Below are positions 47,260 to 57,822 of a DNA stretch of 64,000 bases, piece after piece. The number at the start of each line of letters is the position of its first letter. Position 1 is the stretch's first letter. The notes under the pieces were generated by a model. The model saw nothing but the letters and a program-made list of their open reading frames with translations. It was not told where the DNA came from and did not search any database. Source of the stretch: an uncultured Gemmatimonas sp. (lineage in GTDB: Bacteria > Gemmatimonadota > Gemmatimonadetes > Gemmatimonadales > GWC2-71-9); the NCBI GenBank assembly GCA_964439025.1, contig CAYTMW010000006.1, positions 21,833 through 85,832 on the forward strand, written 5' to 3'. Made by a program: the position numbers and the translations under genes.

Positions 47260-47729
47260 CGCGCTCCCCGCACGTACCGTTCCTGGCGGCGCCACATCGC
47301 GGACGCGGTGCGCTCCGCCCCCGCGGGGTGGTCGTATCCGAGGACGTGCAGGACGCCGTGCACCACGAGACGAAGCAGCTCCTGACGAAAGGGGATCCCA
47401 CGCGCCTGGGCCTCGCGGGAGGCGACCCAGGGACAGATGTAAATGTCACCCGCGCGCCCGCCGCGCGGATCGGTCAGGACGAAGGCGAGCAGGTCGGTCG
47501 GTTCGTCGCGCCTCTTCCAGCGGGCGTTCAGCGCGCGCATCCGCTCCCGCCCCACGAAGGACACCGACAGCACGGCGGACTCCCGCTCCCCTCGGAGCAC
47601 CGATTCCGCGGCCCGCACGACCGCGACACGCCCGAGCGGAAGGGAACGACCCGAGACCGCAACGACAGACCCGCGTCCTTGCGTCTTCGCGCCTTTCCGC
47701 CGGCGCTCAGCCGTTCTGGTCCTCGGCAT
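47256..47729 (-). CDS. ybeY: rRNA maturation endoribonuclease YbeY
   Basis: HGVLHVLGYDH zinc motif. Start ambiguous (ATG 47729 or GTG 47747); both overlap the phoH 3' end. Confidence 0.88.
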   Translation of the reverse strand: MPRTRTAERRRKGAKTQGRGSVVAVSGRSLPLGRVAVVRAAESVLRGERESAVLSVSFVGRERMRALNARWKRRDEPTDLLAFVLTDPRGGRAGDIYICPWVASREAQARGIPFRQELLRLVVHGVLHVLGYDHPAGAERTASAMWRRQERYVRGAR

Positions 47730-48675
47730 ACGCCCGGATGATCTCACGCACCAGCCGGTGCCGGACCACGTCGCTGTCGCCGAGGTAGCAGAACGCGATG
47801 CCCTCGATCCCGGGAAGGATACGCTCGATCTGGATGAGTCCGGAGTCTTCGCGCTGGGGCAGGTCCACCTGCGTCTTATCGCCCGTCACCACGACTTTGC
47901 TGTTCACGCCGAGCCGGGTGAGGAACATTTTCATCTGGGCGCCGGTGGCGTTCTGGGCCTCGTCCAGAATGATGAAGGCATCGTCGAGCGTTCGCCCGCG
48001 CATGTAGGCGAGCGGCGCGATCTCGATGGTGCGCTGCTCCAGCGCCTTCTGCACCCGCTCGTGCGGCATCATGTCTTCGAGCGCGTCGTAGAGCGGCCGG
48101 AGGTAGGGATCCACCTTCGCCTGCAGATCCCCCGGAAGAAATCCAAGCGATTCGCCGGCTTCGACCGCGGGCCGCGCGAGGATGATTCGCTTGACCCGCT
48201 TGCGGGCCATGGCCTCCACCGCCTTGGCCACCGCGAGGTAGGTCTTCCCCGTACCGGCTGGTCCGATGCCTACGACGATGTCGGTCGTCGCGATCGCCTG
48301 GACGTAGTCGCGCTGCCCCTGGGTTTTCGGGGCGATGGCGCGGCGCAGGCCGGGGAGAATGATTTTCCCCTCGCCGCCGGCGAGCGGACTGTCCGCGGGC
48401 ACGCCATCCTGCGCAAACCGGTAGACATCCTCGACCGACACCACTTCGCCGATCCGCGCAATATCCACCAGCCCCTGCGCGACGCCGGCGGCGCGCTCTA
48501 CCTGGTCCGGTGTCCCGGTGATGGTGAGGGATTCTCCGCGGAGGGATACCCGCGCGGAGGTGGCGCGCTCGAGCTCGGTCCAGTTCACATCGTTGACGCC
48601 GCCCAGCAGCAGCGGATCGGCGCCCTCGATGCTGATCCGCTGGGTGATCTCGTCCTGTCCGGGGACGGGCTTCAT
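47707..48675 (-). CDS. phoH: PhoH-family ATPase
   Basis: [16 protein letters not shown] (Walker A), FIILDEAQN (Walker B). Start at the ATG 48675 (ATGA overlap with the aspS stop). Confidence 0.9.
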   Translation of the reverse strand: MKPVPGQDEITQRISIEGADPLLLGGVNDVNWTELERATSARVSLRGESLTITGTPDQVERAAGVAQGLVDIARIGEVVSVEDVYRFAQDGVPADSPLAGGEGKIILPGLRRAIAPKTQGQRDYVQAIATTDIVVGIGPAGTGKTYLAVAKAVEAMARKRVKRIILARPAVEAGESLGFLPGDLQAKVDPYLRPLYDALEDMMPHERVQKALEQRTIEIAPLAYMRGRTLDDAFIILDEAQNATGAQMKMFLTRLGVNSKVVVTGDKTQVDLPQREDSGLIQIERILPGIEGIAFCYLGDSDVVRHRLVREIIRAYAEDQNG

Positions 48676-50435
48676 GGGGTCACCGTGAGATGCAGGGCGG
48701 CAAGATCGGCGGAGGAGACGGTAGTCGGCGCGCCTTCGAAGAGCGCGCGCGCCGTGGTCGTCTTCGGAAACGCGATCACGTCCCGCAACGACGGCGCCCC
48801 CGAGAGGAGCATGGCCACACGGTCGAAGCCGATCGCGAAGCCGCCGTGCGGAGGCGCGCCGGCCGCGAGGCCGTCGAGCAGGAATCCGAAGCGGCGCCGG
48901 ATTTCTTCCGGGGAGATGCCCAGCAGGCCGAAGATGGTGCGCTGCACCTCGGGGTTCGTGATCCGGATCGACCCGCTCCCCAGCTCGGTGCCGTTGTACA
49001 CGGCATCGTAGTGCACCGCGCGGCACCGGCCCGGATCGGTCTTGAGGTAGCGGACATCCTCCGGGTGCGGTGCGGTGAACGGATGATGCACGAAGACGTG
49101 GGCCCCGGTCTCGGGATCCGGCTCGAAGAGAGGGAAATTCACGACCCAGAGAAAGGCGTGCTCCGTCACCGGCGCGGGCGCCAGCCGCCGGATGAGCGCG
49201 GTACGCACGGCATGGAGTCCCGGAGAGGTCACCGCGTCGGGTCCGGCCACCGCAAGGAACAGGTCCCCCTCCGAGCCGCCCAGCGCGGCGAATGCCTCAG
49301 CGCCGATCGCCTTGATCCCCTGCCCTTCCCACGACCCGCCCTTCCGCGCCCAGATCAGGCCTCCCGCACCGGCGTCTTTTGCCAGCGCGCCAAACCTATC
49401 GAGATCCTTTCGGGAGATCGCCTGGGCCCCGGGAGCCACGATCCCCCGCACCCGCCCGCCGGCCGCGACGGCCGCGCGGAGGAACGGCGCCGCCCCGGCA
49501 CCGACGCTGGGCGTCAGGTCGCGAATCTCGAGCCCGTAGCGGAGATCCGGTTTGTCGATTCCGAACCGCTCCATCGCTTCGCGCCAGGGGAGCCGGGGAA
49601 ACGGCCGCGGAACCGCGAGGGCGGCCTCATCCCAGAGCGCGACCAGCACCGATTCGACGACGGAGAGCACGTCGTCCTCCGAGACGAACGACGCCTCGAG
49701 ATCGATTTGGGTGAACTCCGGCTGGCGATCTGCCCGGAGGTCTTCGTCCCGGAAGCACCGGGCGATCTGGAAATAGCGGTCGAAGCCCGCCACCATCAGG
49801 AGCTGCTTGTAGATCTGAGGCGACTGGGGGAGCGCGTAGAATTCGCCGGGATGAACGCGCGAGGGCACCAGGTAGTCGCGCGCTCCTTCGGGAGTCGGCT
49901 TGCTGAGGATCGGCGTCTCGATCTCGAGAAACCCCTGCTCCGAGAGGGTGCGCCGCGCCCGCTGCAACAGGCGGTGCCGCAGCATGAGATTGGCCTGGAG
50001 TTCGGGACGGCGAAGGTCGAGCACCCGGTGCTTGAGGCGCAGGTCCTCCGCGGGAAGCGCTTCGTTCTCCTTCCGCCCTACCGGAATCGCCGGCGTCACC
50101 GCAGGGCCAACGACGTCGAGCATGGTGACCTGGACCTCCACCTCGCGTGAGCCCATGCCGGCGTCCCGCGCGGCATTCGGGCGGAGCGCCACGGTGCCGG
50201 TCGCAAGGACGACCGTTTCGACACCGCAGCCCGCGGCGCGCCCGATGACATCCTTCGGCGTGTACGCGGGATCGAACGAAAGCTGGACCAGCCCGTTCCG
50301 ATCACGCAGATCGATGAAGACGAGTCCCCCGAGGTCGCGCCGGCGATGCACCCAGCCGCCGAGGCGAACCTGGTGGCCCGCGTCGTCACGCGTCAGGAGA
50401 CCGCCGGAGTGGGTTCGGAGCGAAGTGGGGAACAT
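48672..50435 (-). CDS. aspS: aspartate--tRNA ligase
   Basis: GWVHRRRDLGGLVFIDLRDRNG, FRDEDLRADRQPEFTQID, GGSIRI-like GSGSIRI, PPHGGFAIGFDR. Confidence 0.95.
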   Translation of the reverse strand: MFPTSLRTHSGGLLTRDDAGHQVRLGGWVHRRRDLGGLVFIDLRDRNGLVQLSFDPAYTPKDVIGRAAGCGVETVVLATGTVALRPNAARDAGMGSREVEVQVTMLDVVGPAVTPAIPVGRKENEALPAEDLRLKHRVLDLRRPELQANLMLRHRLLQRARRTLSEQGFLEIETPILSKPTPEGARDYLVPSRVHPGEFYALPQSPQIYKQLLMVAGFDRYFQIARCFRDEDLRADRQPEFTQIDLEASFVSEDDVLSVVESVLVALWDEAALAVPRPFPRLPWREAMERFGIDKPDLRYGLEIRDLTPSVGAGAAPFLRAAVAAGGRVRGIVAPGAQAISRKDLDRFGALAKDAGAGGLIWARKGGSWEGQGIKAIGAEAFAALGGSEGDLFLAVAGPDAVTSPGLHAVRTALIRRLAPAPVTEHAFLWVVNFPLFEPDPETGAHVFVHHPFTAPHPEDVRYLKTDPGRCRAVHYDAVYNGTELGSGSIRITNPEVQRTIFGLLGISPEEIRRRFGFLLDGLAAGAPPHGGFAIGFDRVAMLLSGAPSLRDVIAFPKTTTARALFEGAPTTVSSADLAALHLTVTP

Positions 50436-50495
50436 CGGGCCAAACGTAACGGGCGCCAAGAGGGGGATCAAGCAACGGACGACTACATTCCTCCC

Positions 50496-51563
50496 ATGAC
50501 GCGCACCGGCACCCCCGCGAATTCTCTCCTAGATCAAACCCCTCAGGACGCGAAAGCGACGCTTTTGGCCTGGGCACGGGAACGGGGGCTGCCCGCCTAC
50601 CGCGTGGCCCAGATCCACCGCCGCCTCTGGGTCGCGCCGCTGGCGGCGTGGCAGGATGCCACCGAGCTGCCGGCGGCGCTTCGGGCCGAGCTCGACGCCA
50701 CATTTCCGCTCCCCGGGCTGACGGCGGAGACCGTCCAACAGTCCACCGACGGAACCCGGAAATACCTCTGGCGGCTGGCCGACGGCGAAGCGATCGAATC
50801 CGTGCTGATTCCGAGCGGGAACCGCCTCACCCTTTGCATCTCGTCACAGGCGGGGTGTGCCCTGGGATGTGTCTTCTGCGCCACCGGATTGATGGGGTTT
50901 CGCCGCAACCTCGCGGCGTGGGAGATCGCCGGGCAGGTGCGTCAGATCGTGCTCGCACATCCCGCCGAGAAGCCGACCAACATCGTGTTCATGGGCATGG
51001 GGGAGCCGCTGCTCAACTGGCCCGCCGTGAGCACCGCCCTCACGATTTTGAACGATCCGGCGGGGCTGGGCATCGGGGCGCGCCACATCACCGTGTCCAC
51101 CGTCGGCATCATTCCCGGCATGCTGGCGCTGGCGGAGCGCCCGGAGCAGTTCCGCCTCGCCATCTCGCTGCACGCCCCGGCGCAGGGGCAGCGACTTCGT
51201 CTCATGCCGGTTCAAAAGAAGTACCCGATGGATGAGGTGCTGCAGGCGGCGCGAGCCTTCCGGAAGCGGGTCACCTTCGAGTACGTGCTCATCGCGGGAA
51301 AGAACGATTCCGATACCGACGCCGACAAGCTGGCCAGGTTGGCGCACGCACTCGGAGCCCACGTGAATCTCCTCCCTCTGCACCCCGGCGGCAGTCCCGG
51401 GCTCACCCCGGCATCCAGCAACCGGATCAGAACATTCGCCGACCGGCTCCGCAACCAGGGAGTCGAGGCGGTGGTGCGGAAGAGCCGTGGGCTCGACATC
51501 GACGCCGCCTGCGGGCAGCTCTTCGTGGCGATGGAAAAGAAACAGCGGCTCGCGACCCGCTGA
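50496..51563 (+). CDS. rlmN: 23S rRNA/tRNA A-C2 methyltransferase, radical SAM
   Basis: CISSQAGCALGCVFCATG (CxxxCxxC), GMGEPLLN, ISLHAP, CGQL near the C-terminus. Confidence 0.92.
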   Translation: MTRTGTPANSLLDQTPQDAKATLLAWARERGLPAYRVAQIHRRLWVAPLAAWQDATELPAALRAELDATFPLPGLTAETVQQSTDGTRKYLWRLADGEAIESVLIPSGNRLTLCISSQAGCALGCVFCATGLMGFRRNLAAWEIAGQVRQIVLAHPAEKPTNIVFMGMGEPLLNWPAVSTALTILNDPAGLGIGARHITVSTVGIIPGMLALAERPEQFRLAISLHAPAQGQRLRLMPVQKKYPMDEVLQAARAFRKRVTFEYVLIAGKNDSDTDADKLARLAHALGAHVNLLPLHPGGSPGLTPASSNRIRTFADRLRNQGVEAVVRKSRGLDIDAACGQLFVAMEKKQRLATR

Positions 51564-52897
51564 TGCGCACGCTGCTCGTCGCGCTGCTGCGATTCGCGCT
51601 CCGGATCTTTTTCCGGCGTGTTGAGACGAAGGGCCTCGAGCGGGTGCCGCTGGCGGGACCGGTGATGCTCGTGCTCAATCATCCGAACTCGCTGGTGGAT
51701 CCCCTCTTCGTCCTCTGTCTCGCCCCCCGCGCCGTCTCCTTCCTCGCCAAAGCCCCGCTCTTCCGGATTCCCATTGTGGGAGCGCTGGTGCGCGGCGCGG
51801 GGTCGATTCCGGTGGAGCGACGCGCGGACCCCGGCGCCGATCTGACCAAGAACCGGGAAATGTTCTCCCAGGTGCGCGCGCACCTCGGCCGGGGAGGAGC
51901 GGTGGCGCTGTTTCCGGAGGGAACCAGCCACAGCGACCCCCGTCTCAAGCCGATGAAGACCGGAGCCGCCCGCATCGCGCTCGGCGTCGCGTCGCCGGTC
52001 CCGCTGCGGATTCAGCCGGTTGGACTCTTCTACACCGATAAGCGCACCTTTCGCAGCGCCGCCCTCGTCTATTTCGGCGAGCCCTTCCCGGTGCACCCGG
52101 CGCTCCTCGACGCCGCATCCGAACCGCCTCCCGATCTCGTCAAGGCGCTCACCGACCGGGTCGGGCAGGCGCTGGGTGATGTCACCCTCCAGGCCGATGC
52201 ATTCGAGGCGCATGATTTCGTCGCCCGTACGGAGCGCATCCTGGCGAGCGCGCGCAGGGAGAGCGACGACGCCCCCCGCCCCGAGCTGGCGGAGGAGTTC
52301 TCCTTCCGCCGCAGGGTGCTCGCCGGGTACAACGCCCTCAAAGCGCGCGATCCGGAGCGACTGGAGGTGATTCGCAGGAGGGTCCTGCGCTACGAGGACA
52401 AACTGCGAGGCGCCGGCATCGACCCCTGGGACGTACCGGTGGGACGGTTCAGCACCGGCCATATCATCGTGCGCACCCTCCTTTTTCTGCTGCGATTCCT
52501 TCTGCTGATTCCGCTCGGCGTGCCGGGGCTGCTGCTCCACTACCTGCCGTACCGTCTGGTGGGAGTCCTCTCGCAGCGCGCGGTCGGGAAATACGACGAC
52601 ATCCTCGCCACCGCCAAGGCGGTGAGCGCATTCATCGTCTTCCCTTGCACGTGGATCGCGCTCGCATTGCTTTGCTGGCACTGGGGAGGGACGGCGGCTG
52701 GGATCGCGGCGCTCATCCTCGCTCCACTGGCCGGCTACACCGCCCTCCGGCTTGCCGAGCTGGCGGATCGTGCGCTGGGAGCAGTCCGGGCGGTCGGCCT
52801 CTGGATTCTTGGCCGCCGCAGCTTCCTTCACCTGCAGATCGAGCGTCGGGTGCTGCGGGAAGACATCCTGGTGATCGCGGCCGAGCTCGGGGTGTAA
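51563..52897 (+). CDS. lysophospholipid (PlsC-family) acyltransferase with a C-terminal membrane extension
   Basis: LVLNHPNSLVDP (HX4D), FPEGTSH. C-terminal TM segments. Confidence 0.8.
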   Translation: MRTLLVALLRFALRIFFRRVETKGLERVPLAGPVMLVLNHPNSLVDPLFVLCLAPRAVSFLAKAPLFRIPIVGALVRGAGSIPVERRADPGADLTKNREMFSQVRAHLGRGGAVALFPEGTSHSDPRLKPMKTGAARIALGVASPVPLRIQPVGLFYTDKRTFRSAALVYFGEPFPVHPALLDAASEPPPDLVKALTDRVGQALGDVTLQADAFEAHDFVARTERILASARRESDDAPRPELAEEFSFRRRVLAGYNALKARDPERLEVIRRRVLRYEDKLRGAGIDPWDVPVGRFSTGHIIVRTLLFLLRFLLLIPLGVPGLLLHYLPYRLVGVLSQRAVGKYDDILATAKAVSAFIVFPCTWIALALLCWHWGGTAAGIAALILAPLAGYTALRLAELADRALGAVRAVGLWILGRRSFLHLQIERRVLREDILVIAAELGV

Positions 52898-53284
52898 CTA
52901 GGGCCGCAAACCCGGTGGCGGGCGGTAGTCGCCCCCGAGGAGCACGGTCACATCCACGCGAAGCAGCGTGTCGGTGGCCACCCGAACCCGGGTCGCTCCG
53001 AGGGCGCGGGCGACCCGCGCCGCCGCCGCCGAATCGCCCCGCCGTGCGAGTGCCTGCGTCACGCCGACGCTCCGGCTCACATTCCCGAAGTAGACCACAT
53101 CAAAGCCTGCCTGACGCAGCACCCGGGTCGCGGCGCGCGCCAGCCCGCGGCGCCCCGACCCGTTCAGCACCTCCACCACGATGCGCTCCCCCCCGGGGAC
53201 CGGCCGCGCGGTTCGCGCTTCTCCGGCATCCGAGCACCCGGAGAAGCTGCTTGCACCCGCCACCGCGGCGAGCACGATCCGCAT
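52898..53284 (-). CDS. LytR_C-domain lipoprotein
   Basis: MRIVLAAVAGASSFSGC lipobox. IVVEVLNGSGRRGLARAATRVLRQAGFDV is typical of LytR C-terminal domains. The 368-aa track ORF is a run-on. Confidence 0.7.
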   Translation of the reverse strand: MRIVLAAVAGASSFSGCSDAGEARTARPVPGGERIVVEVLNGSGRRGLARAATRVLRQAGFDVVYFGNVSRSVGVTQALARRGDSAAAARVARALGATRVRVATDTLLRVDVTVLLGGDYRPPPGLRP

Positions 53285-53853
53285 TACTCCGCGGCGGAGG
53301 GAATGGCGAGGCTGTTCCAAAACCGGAATGTGGGCTCGGGGATCATCCAGCCGAACTCGATCGAGTACGCCAGGCGGCGACGGGCAACCTCGTACAGCAC
53401 TCCTCGCGGATCGGCGGGAAACCGGGTGGCGAGTGCCGCGCGACCCACCCGATCGAAGGGGCGCCCCGGCTCGAGGAAATCGGCGCAGTAGAGCGCGCGC
53501 CCCGGCATGTCCCACTCCGCACAGCCCACCGAGTGATAGCGCACGGCATCCAGCACGCCGCGATCGGTTTCGCGTTCGGCCTCCGCGCGTGACGCACTCG
53601 CGGGGCCGTGCAGGAGCTCGACCGGGCCCACGGTGCCAGGAGCCCATTGGGCGAGCTCCTCCGGCGCGGCATCCCGGAGCGCATCGTGAAGCCAGGCGGC
53701 CCGAAGCCACCGGGCGCGCTCCGCGGCGGGCAGGCGCAACTCGGCGCCCCAGCGCGCCATGAGCTCCGCCACGCGCTCGATGTGCGCCAGGCGTTTGGGA
53801 CGCACGCGCGCCCAGGACGGAAGCCCGGCGGAAAGTCCGGGGGGTATCGGCAC
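53284..53853 (-). CDS. HD-domain phosphohydrolase, YqeK-like
   Basis: RLAHIERVAELM, AAWLHDALRD (HD), HGPASA, AVRYHSVG, LYCADFLEPGR. Confidence 0.7.
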   Translation of the reverse strand: MPIPPGLSAGLPSWARVRPKRLAHIERVAELMARWGAELRLPAAERARWLRAAWLHDALRDAAPEELAQWAPGTVGPVELLHGPASASRAEAERETDRGVLDAVRYHSVGCAEWDMPGRALYCADFLEPGRPFDRVGRAALATRFPADPRGVLYEVARRRLAYSIEFGWMIPEPTFRFWNSLAIPSAAE

Positions 53854-53856
53854 TCG

Positions 53857-54273
53857 TCACCACCCCATGCGGGCAAGCTCGTCCAGCTCCGAAATCCAGA
53901 ACGGGCGATCTCCCAGCGCGGGGTGCGGCAACGTGAGCCCCGGCTCGTCCATGACCACGCCGGCGTAGCGGACGAGATCGAGGTCGAGTGTACGCGACTC
54001 CCATCGCTCCCGGCGCCGGCGGCCCGCTTCAGCTTCGATCCGGTGGCAGGCATCGAGCAGGGCGCGAGGCACGAGCGTGGTGTCGAGCGCGATCATCTGG
54101 TTGAGATACGGCGGCTGGGCGCGACCGCCGAGGGGGGTCGTTTCTTCGATGGCGGAGGCACCCAGGAGCGCAGTGCCCGGCAAGGTGGCGAGCCGTTCGC
54201 GCGCGAAGGCGAGGTGCGCTTCCCGGTCACCCAGATTGCTTCCGAGGGCCACGTACACGCGGGTAGCGCTCAT
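53857..54273 (-). CDS. folK: 2-amino-4-hydroxy-6-hydroxymethyldihydropteridine diphosphokinase
   Basis: [35 protein letters not shown]. Confidence 0.9.
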   Translation of the reverse strand: MSATRVYVALGSNLGDREAHLAFARERLATLPGTALLGASAIEETTPLGGRAQPPYLNQMIALDTTLVPRALLDACHRIEAEAGRRRRERWESRTLDLDLVRYAGVVMDEPGLTLPHPALGDRPFWISELDELARMGW

Positions 54274-56354
54274 CCCTCGACGGCGAAGTGGCGCACGATG
54301 CCCCGAAGCTCTCCCGCCACTCGCTCCAGCTGCCCGATGGCCGCCTCCAGCTCCGCCTGGCCCCGGGTTGCTTCGCGGGCTTCGCGCGCGAGCGCCTCGG
54401 TCTGTGCCCGCGCCCGGAGCGCCGCGTCGGCAAGCTGGCGAATCTGCGCCGAGAGACGGCGACTGGCCGCCTCGTGCGCCACCTCCGATTCGGCGATCGC
54501 CCGCGATTGGGTGCCGGCTTCCTGGGTGGCCCGCACGATCGCATCGAGCGCGCGCGCGGTAGCTCCCGATAGCTCGCCGACGTCCTCAACCAGCTGCTTG
54601 CCGCGCTCCATCTGGGTGGCGATGCCGGAGACTTCGCGTGAGATGTCGCTCACCAGGCGGCTGGCGTCGGCGCCCGCGGCGGCGCTCTGCATCGCGAGCT
54701 GGCGAATCTCCTCCGCGACGACCGCGAAGCCCCGCCCCGATTCCCCGGCGCGGTGGGCTTCGATCGAAGCGTTCAGCGCGATGACGTTGGTGAGCTCGGC
54801 AATTTCCTGAATCGACGTGAGGAACGCGCGAATCCGGCCGGTGGTTGCGCCGAGGGCCGCCACCGAGCGCGAGCTGTCGGCGACGAACGCCTGCACGTGG
54901 ACGAGCCGGTCCACCGCGACTTCGATTCCCTCCCGGTGCTTGGCGGCCGCATCCGCGGCGTCGGCGCTGACGCGGGCGGCGCGGGTCCCGGCCTCCGCGG
55001 CGGCCTCCGCGAGCCGGCCCAGCTCCGCGGTCGCTTCGAGGCCGGTCCGCGCGAACGATTCCTGGCTCGACGCATCGCGCCGCATGTTCTCCGATGCCAG
55101 CTGGAGCGCCAGGGCGGAGGACCGCAGGGAGTTCGCGGCGCGCGCGAGGGCGTTGATCTGGCCCCCGATTTTCTCGACGGTCTCGAGCAGAGGCCGTCGC
55201 AGCTCGGCAATCTGGATCGCGGTCGAGATCTGGCTCGCAATCGCCTTCATGGCCGACCGGTCGCGGGCCCGGTAGTGATGCCGTTTGTGGTGCTCGAGCT
55301 CCAGGGTCCCGATCACCCGGTCGGCGTAGCGCAGCGGATGAAAGGCGATGGTGCGCACCCCGGGGTCGGGATACTGCAGCACCCGCTCCCCCATCGTGTC
55401 GTCGATCACCAGCGGTTCCCCGTGATCGAGGACGCGGCTGCGCACCAACTCGAGTCCCGGGTCCGGCGCGATCCGGTTCGGCCGCCCCTGTTGCGCTCGG
55501 TACGCCAGCGCGGGGCGCTCGCCTCCGGCGCGATAAATCCGGAAGTCGCCCCAGTCGAGGAGCCGGTAGGCGAGCTGCTCGATCTGCTCGAAGGAGGTGC
55601 GCAGACTCAGGTTGGACGTGATCGTCCCCTGCATCGTATGCACCTTGTACAAATCCTCGGCGGAGATGGCCTCCTCCAGGAGCGCGCGGGTGACGAGGCC
55701 CGAGACCGCGAGGGCCGACGCCACGACGATCCATCCGGCCGGGGTGAGCTGTGTCAGCGCCCAGATGATGATGGCGGCGCCCAGCAGGGTCATCAGAAAG
55801 GCGATGATCTCCCACCGGAGAATGAAGAGCCGCTCTTCCACTTCGAGCTTGCCCCGCATGATCAGCGACAGATAAAAGAGCACCCGCGTCATGGCGAAGT
55901 AGGTGCCCGCGAGCACGACGAACGGCGCCATGAAATCGAGCGAGAGGCTTCGCGCGCCGCTCACCGAAAGGGCGAGCGCATAGAATCCGTACGCGACGGC
56001 GAAGGCGAGCGCTTCCCGGCCGACATTGACCGACGCCACCGGGAACGGCTTGCGGGTCCAGGCAAAGTCCGCCAGGAACACCCCGCCGGCGAGTCCCAGC
56101 AGGGCGACCGACGGCGGCAACGCGATCGCGGCAACCAGGGCGGGAATCCCGATCTGGGTGAGGTAGGCGAATTTGCTCAGCCGCACCGGGGCGACCCGGA
56201 GGAGCGCCACCGAGAGGAAGACGAGGACCAGAGCCATCGGGTGCTCGGTCCACCGATCGTCCACCAGGGCCGTCACGATGACGAGCGCGGGGCCCGCGAT
56301 CGAGAGCGCGCGGGCGTAGTGTACGAGCACCCGGCTGGAAGGGTCGGGAGCCAC
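54270..56354 (-). CDS. multi-TM GAF-domain protein with a methyl-accepting chemotaxis (MCP) signalling domain
   Basis: About 8 N-terminal TM segments, a GAF-like middle region, and the MCP hairpin core [41 protein letters not shown] start. Confidence 0.8.
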   Translation of the reverse strand: MAPDPSSRVLVHYARALSIAGPALVIVTALVDDRWTEHPMALVLVFLSVALLRVAPVRLSKFAYLTQIGIPALVAAIALPPSVALLGLAGGVFLADFAWTRKPFPVASVNVGREALAFAVAYGFYALALSVSGARSLSLDFMAPFVVLAGTYFAMTRVLFYLSLIMRGKLEVEERLFILRWEIIAFLMTLLGAAIIIWALTQLTPAGWIVVASALAVSGLVTRALLEEAISAEDLYKVHTMQGTITSNLSLRTSFEQIEQLAYRLLDWGDFRIYRAGGERPALAYRAQQGRPNRIAPDPGLELVRSRVLDHGEPLVIDDTMGERVLQYPDPGVRTIAFHPLRYADRVIGTLELEHHKRHHYRARDRSAMKAIASQISTAIQIAELRRPLLETVEKIGGQINALARAANSLRSSALALQLASENMRRDASSQESFARTGLEATAELGRLAEAAAEAGTRAARVSADAADAAAKHREGIEVAVDRLVHVQAFVADSSRSVAALGATTGRIRAFLTSIQEIAELTNVIALNASIEAHRAGESGRGFAVVAEEIRQLAMQSAAAGADASRLVSDISREVSGIATQMERGKQLVEDVGELSGATARALDAIVRATQEAGTQSRAIAESEVAHEAASRRLSAQIRQLADAALRARAQTEALAREAREATRGQAELEAAIGQLERVAGELRGIVRHFAVEG

Positions 56355-56358
56355 CGGA

Positions 56359-57822
56359 TCAGAGGAAATAGTCGCCCACCGTGAGACTGTACCGGTCCGG
56401 GTTGGTGACCTTCACGATGGACCGGAGGAAGTTCTCATCCGAGCCGCGCTCGGTGAGATCGACCGCCAGGCCTGGAGGATCGAGGGCGCCACCGGCCGGA
56501 TCGATCGCGATGCGGATCACCGGACGGTTCAGCATCTCGCGATCAGGATTGGCCTGCGCCACGATTCCCACCTCGAAGGTGTCGAGAATGACGCAGGTGC
56601 CGATGGGATACACGCCGATCAGGTTGATGAGCGCCTTGACCACGATCGGGTCATAGCCCCGGCGCGGGTTGGTCCACATCTCCCGGAGCACCTGGTCGGG
56701 CTCGATCGGCACCGTCTGGTAGACTCGCCGGGTCGTGGCGGCGTCGAAGCCGTCGGCCACCGCGACAAGGCGCGAGAAAATACCCAGAGTGCGGGGCCGG
56801 ATGGCGCGCGGGTAGCCGGTCAGGTCGATCTTCAAGTGGTGCTCGTGCGCCACGAGAATCGACTTGTACGGAATCTCCTCGTAGGCCCGGAGCCCGAACA
56901 GCGACATGGCACCGCGCCAGGGATGCGCCTGGATGACCCGCCATTCGTCCTCCGTGAGACTGTGGGTCTTGTTCAAAATCTCGATCGGAATCTTGGCCTT
57001 CCCGATGTCGTGGAGCAGGGCGGTCATGCCGAGGTCGTAGAGCTGCAGCTTGGTGAGCCCGATCTTCCGGCCCAGCGCCACCGAGAAGATGCAAACGTTG
57101 ACCGAGTGGGTAAACGTGTATTCGTCGTAGTCGCGCAGCGTGGTGAGCCCCATGATCGAGATCTCGTTGGTGAGCACCTGGTCCACGATCATCTGCACGG
57201 CGCGTTTGACCTTCTTGACGCTGCTGGTCCGCCCCATCCGGATGCTATTGACCACCTCCTTGGTGACCGCCACTCCTTGCGCGTAGGTGCGCTTGGCGAC
57301 CTCGCGCGCCTCCTGGGCGTTGAGCTCCTCGGTGACCGCGGAGGCGGGCTCGAATTCGACGTGGGGGGTGTTGGCCTGGCCCAGCCGCTCGACGAGCGCG
57401 GTGTAGCGGTCCGCAACGGCGGAATCCTCCGAGATGCTGAGCAGGATGCTGAGCAGCGCCTGCCACTCGCGGCGCTCGACCCCGACATGGGTCCGGAAGA
57501 CGCCGATGTCGAACGCGCGGAGGGTGGTGAGCAGGTTGCTGAAGGCTGCGAAGTTGTCGAGCTCCAGACGCAGCCGGGTCCCGTTGATGAAGAGGAAGTC
57601 GCCGGCGAGCCGGAGCTCCAGCTCGGACTCCCGGTGCAGGACCGCCGTCGCGGCGCCCTGCAGCTCGTCGAGCGCCTTCTGCACGGTGGCGTTCTCGATC
57701 GGATAGAGCTTGAGGGCCCGAAACGCGGCGTAGAAGGTGAGGAGGAAGGTCCGGCCGACGGCCCGGATGAAGCCTTCGTCCCCCGTGCCGGGCCGCGAAG
57801 AATGGGAGAGATCGTCGGTCAT
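56359..57822 (-). CDS. HD-GYP domain phosphodiesterase with an N-terminal domain of unknown function
   Basis: [29 protein letters not shown]. The ATG 57822 gives an ATGA overlap with the upstream stop (alternative GTG at 57831). Confidence 0.85.
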   Translation of the reverse strand: MTDDLSHSSRPGTGDEGFIRAVGRTFLLTFYAAFRALKLYPIENATVQKALDELQGAATAVLHRESELELRLAGDFLFINGTRLRLELDNFAAFSNLLTTLRAFDIGVFRTHVGVERREWQALLSILLSISEDSAVADRYTALVERLGQANTPHVEFEPASAVTEELNAQEAREVAKRTYAQGVAVTKEVVNSIRMGRTSSVKKVKRAVQMIVDQVLTNEISIMGLTTLRDYDEYTFTHSVNVCIFSVALGRKIGLTKLQLYDLGMTALLHDIGKAKIPIEILNKTHSLTEDEWRVIQAHPWRGAMSLFGLRAYEEIPYKSILVAHEHHLKIDLTGYPRAIRPRTLGIFSRLVAVADGFDAATTRRVYQTVPIEPDQVLREMWTNPRRGYDPIVVKALINLIGVYPIGTCVILDTFEVGIVAQANPDREMLNRPVIRIAIDPAGGALDPPGLAVDLTERGSDENFLRSIVKVTNPDRYSLTVGDYFL

